NCBI GenBank assembly: GCA_036526075.1
Contig: DATCZD010000171.1
Coordinates: 1 to 42,780, forward strand
DNA length: 42,780 nt
Source of the DNA: Pontiella sp.
GTDB lineage: Bacteria; Verrucomicrobiota; Kiritimatiellia; Kiritimatiellales; Pontiellaceae
Direction of reading: 5' to 3'
This document shows, one piece after another, positions 37,850 to 42,780 of this stretch. Made by a program: the position numbers and the translations under genes. Each line of letters opens with the position of its first letter. The first letter of the stretch is position 1. Under the pieces are notes generated by a model that was not told the DNA's origin, did no database searches, and saw nothing but the letters and a program-made list of their open reading frames with translations.

Positions 37850-38278
37850 TTAGTCGATGATATATTTTTCCAGATGCGTGTCGTCGGCAAGAAACTCTGG
37901 AATCAGTTTTTTGCTAGCTGATGCGCCATGTTTATGCACTGAAGCCGGGTCCCCAGTGAGAAGCGGATGCCAGTCTGGCAAGGGTTTCCCTTCATGTAGC
38001 AAGCGATACGAGCAAGTTTTGGGCATCCATTCAAAATATTCAGGGTGATCTGTTGAAAGAGTCGCACATTCGGGGACCAGTTCGTGCCGATTTTCATAGT
38101 TCATGCAACGACAGGTTTTAACATCGAGCATCCTGCAGGCAACGCAGGTGTAATGAACCTTCCCGGTTTCCTCGATTTCCAGCTTATGAACGCAGCATTT
38201 GGCACACCCGTCGCAGAGTGCTTCCCATTCCAATATAGTTAGCTCATTAAGTTGTTTAGTTTCCCAGAACGGTTTCAT
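37850..38278 (-). CDS. ycgN: YcgN family cysteine-cluster (CxxCxxCC) protein
   Basis: PFWE, EWEALCDGCAKCC, WMPKTCSYR, LPDWHPL. Confidence 0.9.
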   Translation of the reverse strand: MKPFWETKQLNELTILEWEALCDGCAKCCVHKLEIEETGKVHYTCVACRMLDVKTCRCMNYENRHELVPECATLSTDHPEYFEWMPKTCSYRLLHEGKPLPDWHPLLTGDPASVHKHGASASKKLIPEFLADDTHLEKYIID

Positions 38279-40767
38279 GATTTCGGGGAGTATTTATCAA
38301 TGAGTTCAATCAATTCATGCCGCTGGATTGGTTTCGAAATATAGTCATCCATTCCACAGTTGATACATTTTTTCCGATCATCCTTCATTGCGTGGGCAGT
38401 GATTGCGATAATCGGTGTTTGGCTTATTGGCTTGTCCATTTCGCGAATAAGGTTGGTGGCTTCAATGCCATCCATAACAGGCATTTGGCAATCCATTAAG
38501 ACAATGTCATACGAATTAATCTGAATCTGTTGAATGGCATCCTGACCATTGTTTACAGCCTCAACAACGCATCCGGCTTTTTCCAAAATCGTAGCTGTGA
38601 CCTTCTGGTTGACCAAGTTGTCTTCAACTAGTAACACCCGTACTCCAGGGTGTTTGACGGTTTTTGTTTTTGTAATATTTAAGTTGGACGCTGCATCAGG
38701 GGGCATGCTTAAGGGGAGAATGACTTTGCAGGAGAAGGTGGATCCTTCGCCTAATGCACTTGTAACAGCAATGCTTCCTCCCATGATCTCAACGAGTTGC
38801 TTGCAGATAGCCAACCCAAGTCCGGTCCCGCCATAGCGACGCTTGGTAGAACTGTCTGCTTGAATAAATTTCTCAAAGATGACCTCCTGTTTTTCTTCGC
38901 TGATTCCTATTCCGGTATCAATAACATGGATATTAAGTTCTGCATATTGCGAGTCGTGTTTGGGGTTTTCAATATTCAGTGTAACCGACCCCTTGTGGGT
39001 AAACTTGAGGGCATTTGAAATTAGGTTGATGAGAAGCTGCTCTAGCAGTCCTTGATCTCCACGTACATATGCCGGAACGTTATCTTGGCACTCACAGCGC
39101 AACCTGAGACTCTTCTCTTCGGCTTGAGGACGGAAGCGATTAAACATGCGGTCGCAGAGATCATGCAGGTCAATAATTGTTTCATGGAGCTCTATTTGCC
39201 CCGCTTCAATTTTTGATATATCGAGTACATGGTTAATGATTTGAAGAAGGCCATCGGTGGATTGCTGGATGGTGTCAATACAGTTGATCTGTTCTTCATT
39301 CAGTTGAGTGTCGGAAAGAAGTTGAGCCATTCCGACAATGCCGTTGAGCGGGGTTCGAATTTCATGACTCATGTTGGCCAAAAATTCACTTTTTGCCTGA
39401 CTTGCATTTTCCGCGATTTCCCGGGACCGAATTGCCATTCCTCGGGCATCCTCCGCCAGCTTCTGTGCTTTGATAATTTTAAGTTCCGCTTCCTTGCGTA
39501 AGGTCATGTCGCGGGCATGAAGCTGAACGACTTTTCGATCATTTAATATCTGTAGGCTGCTCGTCATTTCTACCGGGAAGATGGTTCCATTTGATGCTAT
39601 GCAAGCACTTTCAGTCTCACTGCTTTCCCCCGAAAACCATTTCTTGATATTGGCTTGAAGCTCACTGTGATGTGTTTCCGGCGTGAGGTCTTTGATATTT
39701 TTAGTTAGCAAATCCTGTTTTTCCATTTTCAAAAACTCAGCGGTACGGGAGTTGGCTGCAATAATTTGTCCTTCCTGATCAATTACGAAAACAGCATCCG
39801 GAGAGTTTTCAAACATTTGTCGAAGGCGCTGTTCACTTTCAGCGTACTGCGTTGTGCGTTCTTGTACGAGGTGTTGGAGTTTACGGTTCCATAGCAAGAT
39901 AAATGCAATAACTATGGATGCAATAAGGGCAACAACAGATCCTCCTATGAGTACCGTTTTAAGAGATGTGTTTTCTCGCGCGTATTCCGACCCTAGCCAT
40001 TTAGATTGAATTTTTCTCAATGAGCCGGTTTTTCTTGCATTAGCGATTCCTTTGTTCAGCTTATCCAGTAGTTCTTGATTGCCCTTTTTAACTGCCATAC
40101 AGAGTTCGATGGTCAGTATTGGTTCTCCAACAATTCGGAGATCTGTTTTTCCGCTTTCGTGCATGTAGTTAAGGGTGCTCAGCTCGTTTCCGGCCATGGC
40201 ATCAAAAGAGCCGGACTCTACCAAATTTACGGCTTCACTAATTGTAGAAACAAATTTTATTTCGGCTTTAATGCCTCGCTGCTGTAGCTCCTGCAAGACC
40301 TGTTCAGGCCCCGCGATGACAATTCTTCGGCCATCTAAATCTTCAATGGTGTTGATGGCGGTCTGATCACTGCGGACATATAAGGCTACTGGAATGGCTT
40401 TTATGGAATCGGTAAAGTCAAATGCATCTTCAAGTGCTGTTGAGAAAAACATGGCCGTCAAGGCATCGGCCTTTCCTGACAGTACCATTTCTTCGGATTC
40501 TTTGGGCGGTGCGGTTTCGAATCGTAGGTTAAACCCTGCATCGGTTGCAATCCATTGGGCCAGTTCAACATTCATTCCGGTAAGCTGGGTCTGTCTTAAA
40601 AATTCAAAGGGCGCATTGGATGGCTGTGAAATAAAAGTCAGTTCACTGGCATGTTGTTGTTGAAGGGTTTTGAGGAACGCCTGATCCCTGTCGTCCAAAT
40701 CGACAGCAAAGCCTGTAGATCCGCTAAGCAGTGCTACACAAACGAGTTGTTGTATAATTCTTTTCAT
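38275..40767 (-). CDS. Hybrid sensor histidine kinase (periplasmic SBP family 3 - TM - PAS - HisKA - HATPase - REC)
   Basis: APFEF/GMNVEL SBP motifs; TM segment before WNRKL; FENSPD PAS; FLANMSHEIRTPLNGI; NLISNALKFT; GGTGLGL; LVEDN, LMDCQMP, KP receiver motifs. Confidence 0.95.
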   Translation of the reverse strand: MKRIIQQLVCVALLSGSTGFAVDLDDRDQAFLKTLQQQHASELTFISQPSNAPFEFLRQTQLTGMNVELAQWIATDAGFNLRFETAPPKESEEMVLSGKADALTAMFFSTALEDAFDFTDSIKAIPVALYVRSDQTAINTIEDLDGRRIVIAGPEQVLQELQQRGIKAEIKFVSTISEAVNLVESGSFDAMAGNELSTLNYMHESGKTDLRIVGEPILTIELCMAVKKGNQELLDKLNKGIANARKTGSLRKIQSKWLGSEYARENTSLKTVLIGGSVVALIASIVIAFILLWNRKLQHLVQERTTQYAESEQRLRQMFENSPDAVFVIDQEGQIIAANSRTAEFLKMEKQDLLTKNIKDLTPETHHSELQANIKKWFSGESSETESACIASNGTIFPVEMTSSLQILNDRKVVQLHARDMTLRKEAELKIIKAQKLAEDARGMAIRSREIAENASQAKSEFLANMSHEIRTPLNGIVGMAQLLSDTQLNEEQINCIDTIQQSTDGLLQIINHVLDISKIEAGQIELHETIIDLHDLCDRMFNRFRPQAEEKSLRLRCECQDNVPAYVRGDQGLLEQLLINLISNALKFTHKGSVTLNIENPKHDSQYAELNIHVIDTGIGISEEKQEVIFEKFIQADSSTKRRYGGTGLGLAICKQLVEIMGGSIAVTSALGEGSTFSCKVILPLSMPPDAASNLNITKTKTVKHPGVRVLLVEDNLVNQKVTATILEKAGCVVEAVNNGQDAIQQIQINSYDIVLMDCQMPVMDGIEATNLIREMDKPISQTPIIAITAHAMKDDRKKCINCGMDDYISKPIQRHELIELIDKYSPKS

Positions 40768-40977
40768 TGAAGCTCCCTAAATAACCTTAAGCACATTGTA
40801 AGTTTGCACTTAATTCTGTGGAAGATAAAAAGAGAAAAATCGAAAAGGCGTGATGATGTTTTTTACGTTTGTGTCAAGCGAATGTATTGTCGTGAAAAAC
40901 CCCTTAATGTCTGGAATCGAACGTAACTCTCATGCAAACTGAGATCTCTTAGTAAGTGATGATGAAAGGAAAGCCCA

Positions 40978-41229
40978 ATGACACATTCTGAAATCAAAAA
41001 AACGATTGGCGAACTGAAAAGCGAGCTGGAGCTTACAGCAAAAGAAACAAACCGTTTAGAAGAGATACTTGAATCTGCCCGAGAAGGCATAGAACGTTAT
41101 ACTCCGGACGCAATTCAGGAGCTGGTGCAAACCCTGCAACACGAGGCTGAGGAGTTTGAAGTTGAGCATCCGAGAGTTACCGCTCTAATTAACACTGTAA
41201 TGACATCGCTCAGTAATCTGGGCATTTAG
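40978..41229 (+). CDS. DUF4404 family small helical protein
   Basis: C-terminal FEVEHP...LSNLGI signature; AAGGA SD. Confidence 0.8.
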   Translation: MTHSEIKKTIGELKSELELTAKETNRLEEILESAREGIERYTPDAIQELVQTLQHEAEEFEVEHPRVTALINTVMTSLSNLGI

Positions 41230-41242
41230 AAGGGGATTTTAT

Positions 41243-42613
41243 ATGACAAAGATATGCTGTATTGGAGCTGGCTATGTCGGTGGGCCAACGATGGCCATGA
41301 TCGCCAAAAAATGTCCTGACATTCAGGTTACTGTTGTGGATATTAATGAGGCCCGCATTGCGGCCTGGCAGACCGATAATCTTCCTATTTATGAGCCCGG
41401 TCTTCTAGAGGTTGTGCAGGTTGCTCGTGGGCGCAATCTGTTTTTCTCCACAGATGTGGATCAGGGGATTCGTGATGCCGACATTATTTTTGTAAGCGTT
41501 AATACGCCGACTAAAACATTTGGGGAGGGTGCCGGATGTGCTTCTGATTTACAGTATTGGGAACTCTGTGCCCGCCGCATTAAAGAGGTGTCGACCTCTG
41601 ATAAAATTATCGTTGAAAAGAGCACGTTGCCAGTTCGCACTGCCGAAGCTATGGAGCGTGTGTTGCATGCGGGTGATAATCCGATTCATTTTGAGGTACT
41701 TTCCAATCCCGAGTTCCTTGCAGAAGGTACGGCGATTTCTGATCTAGAAAACCCTGACCGTGTTCTGATCGGTGGGCATCAAACTGCGGGCGGGCAAAAG
41801 GCTGTGGAGATCTTGGTGGATATTTATGCCTCTTGGATTCCGCGAGAACGCATCTTGACGGCCAACGTTTGGTCATCCGAACTTTCCAAGTTGACGGCCA
41901 ATGCTTTTTTAGCTCAACGAGTCAGTTCGATTAATGCCATTTCAGCCTTGTGTGAAGCAACAGAGGCTAATGTTTCTGAAGTGGCGCAGGCTATTGGAAC
42001 CGATAGTCGTATTGGACCGAAGTTTCTGAAGGCGAGTATCGGATTTGGTGGATCATGCTTTAAGAAGGACATTCTAAACCTTGTTTATCTATGCGAAACC
42101 TACGGATTGAAAGAGCCTGCAGAGTATTGGCGGCAGGTGGTTACGCTGAATGAGTACCAGGAGTCACGTTTTGTAACAACAATGCTTCATAGCATGTTCA
42201 ACACAATTGCCAATAAGCGTATTGCAATTCTCGGATTTGCTTTTAAAGCGGATACCGGTGATACGCGCGAAAGTCCGGCGATCAAGGTTTGCCGCAAGCT
42301 GGCGTCTGAGCATGCTACGCTGGTAGTTTCTGATCCGCAGGCTCTCGAAAATGCAAAGTTAGAAATGCCGGAGCTGGCTGATAAAATTGAGTTTGAGAAG
42401 GATCCGTACAAAGCTGCCAAGGACGCCCATGCTGTGGCGGTGCTAACGGATTGGAAGCTGTACAAGGAACTCGATTTTCAGCGTATCTATGACTCTATGC
42501 AGAAGCCTGCCTTCCTGTTTGATGGACGTAATATGCTGGATCATGATGCGCTCTTTGAGATGGGATTTGAGGTTTATTCTATCGGCAAAGGATATAAAAC
42601 CCGCCTGAAATAA
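41243..42613 (+). CDS. ugd: UDP-glucose 6-dehydrogenase
   Basis: ICCIGAGYVGGPT, EKSTLPV, SNPEFLAEG, SELSKL, catalytic GFGGSCFKKD, AFKADTGDTRES, DGRN. Confidence 0.96.
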   Translation: MTKICCIGAGYVGGPTMAMIAKKCPDIQVTVVDINEARIAAWQTDNLPIYEPGLLEVVQVARGRNLFFSTDVDQGIRDADIIFVSVNTPTKTFGEGAGCASDLQYWELCARRIKEVSTSDKIIVEKSTLPVRTAEAMERVLHAGDNPIHFEVLSNPEFLAEGTAISDLENPDRVLIGGHQTAGGQKAVEILVDIYASWIPRERILTANVWSSELSKLTANAFLAQRVSSINAISALCEATEANVSEVAQAIGTDSRIGPKFLKASIGFGGSCFKKDILNLVYLCETYGLKEPAEYWRQVVTLNEYQESRFVTTMLHSMFNTIANKRIAILGFAFKADTGDTRESPAIKVCRKLASEHATLVVSDPQALENAKLEMPELADKIEFEKDPYKAAKDAHAVAVLTDWKLYKELDFQRIYDSMQKPAFLFDGRNMLDHDALFEMGFEVYSIGKGYKTRLK

Positions 42614-42635
42614 GGGCGTGCGCTGCATGAAAAAG

Positions 42636-42667
42636 AAAAGGGGGATTCCACTTTGGAGTCCCTTTTT
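42636..42667. terminator. Probable bidirectional terminator between ugd and the convergent S4-domain gene
   Basis: AAAAGGGGGATTCCA-CTT-TGGAGTCCCTTTTT, flanked by A and T runs. Confidence 0.65.
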
Positions 42668-42780
42668 AATTAGGAGAGTCGTTAATGACAGAAATGATGC
42701 TTCCTGCAAACTCAACGGTTTGACCTGATCGAATTTTGCAACGTTTCCGAGTTTCACGTTCCCCATCTACGCTGACGAGC
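42666..42780 (-). CDS. ybcJ: S4-domain RNA-binding protein, YbcJ/YaaA type (3' part only, runs off the window, absent from the ORF track)
   Basis: My translation of the minus strand from 42779 gives LVSVDGERETRKRCKIRSGQTVEFAGSIISVINDSPN*. The VDG..ETRKRCKI..GQ.V.F motif matches YbcJ. Confidence 0.8.
   Translation of the reverse strand, partial: LVSVDGERETRKRCKIRSGQTVEFAGSIISVINDSPN

Noticed and set aside
42443-42766. 107-aa minus-strand ORF in the track
   Set aside because: Wrong frame: it overlaps ugd and the terminator. The adjacent frame encodes the recognisable YbcJ-like C-terminus.
4146-42780. Idea that dtd, two EF-Gs, the GGQ factor, queG and ybcJ form one translation-quality-control island
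   Set aside because: The genes are scattered over about 38 kb on both strands among unrelated genes. The GGQ gene and ybcJ are about 16 kb apart, so proximity gives no support.

Overview
Core-genome window from a bacterium of the PVC superphylum, probably Kiritimatiellota/Verrucomicrobiota-like. That placement is an inference from fusA followed directly by rpsJ without tuf, the absence of rpsN and rpmD in the spc block, a short L24, and a DUF1549/DUF1553-DUF1501-PPC module. Contents in order: initiator tRNA-Met, rpe, Fe-ADH, a COG3044-type ABC-class ATPase homologue with eroded motifs, dtd, argH, ogt, a cold-shock gene, the fused str-S10-spc ribosomal superoperon (rpsL to secY-adk-map), a GH128-like glucanase, a hexokinase, a CPBP protease, a GGQ release-factor-like protein, a SurA-like PPIase, a small CbiX, a second canonical EF-G, the exported DUF1549/1553 + DUF1501 + PPC module, queG, a nitroreductase, a membrane protein, ycgN, a hybrid histidine kinase, DUF4404, UDP-glucose dehydrogenase and the 3' end of a ybcJ-like S4 gene. 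I saw no mobile element, CRISPR array or rRNA. Best leads: (i) two EF-Gs, where the str-operon copy has a degenerate domain IV tip and the orphan copy is canonical; (ii) a ~345-nt, almost fully folded rpsL leader plus intercistronic stems; (iii) the apparent pseudo-ATPase coupled to dtd; (iv) the uncharacterised exported three-gene module; (v) a probably leaderless rescue-factor gene with a palindrome over its -10 box. All family calls come from motif recognition by eye, with no database searches or folding computations.
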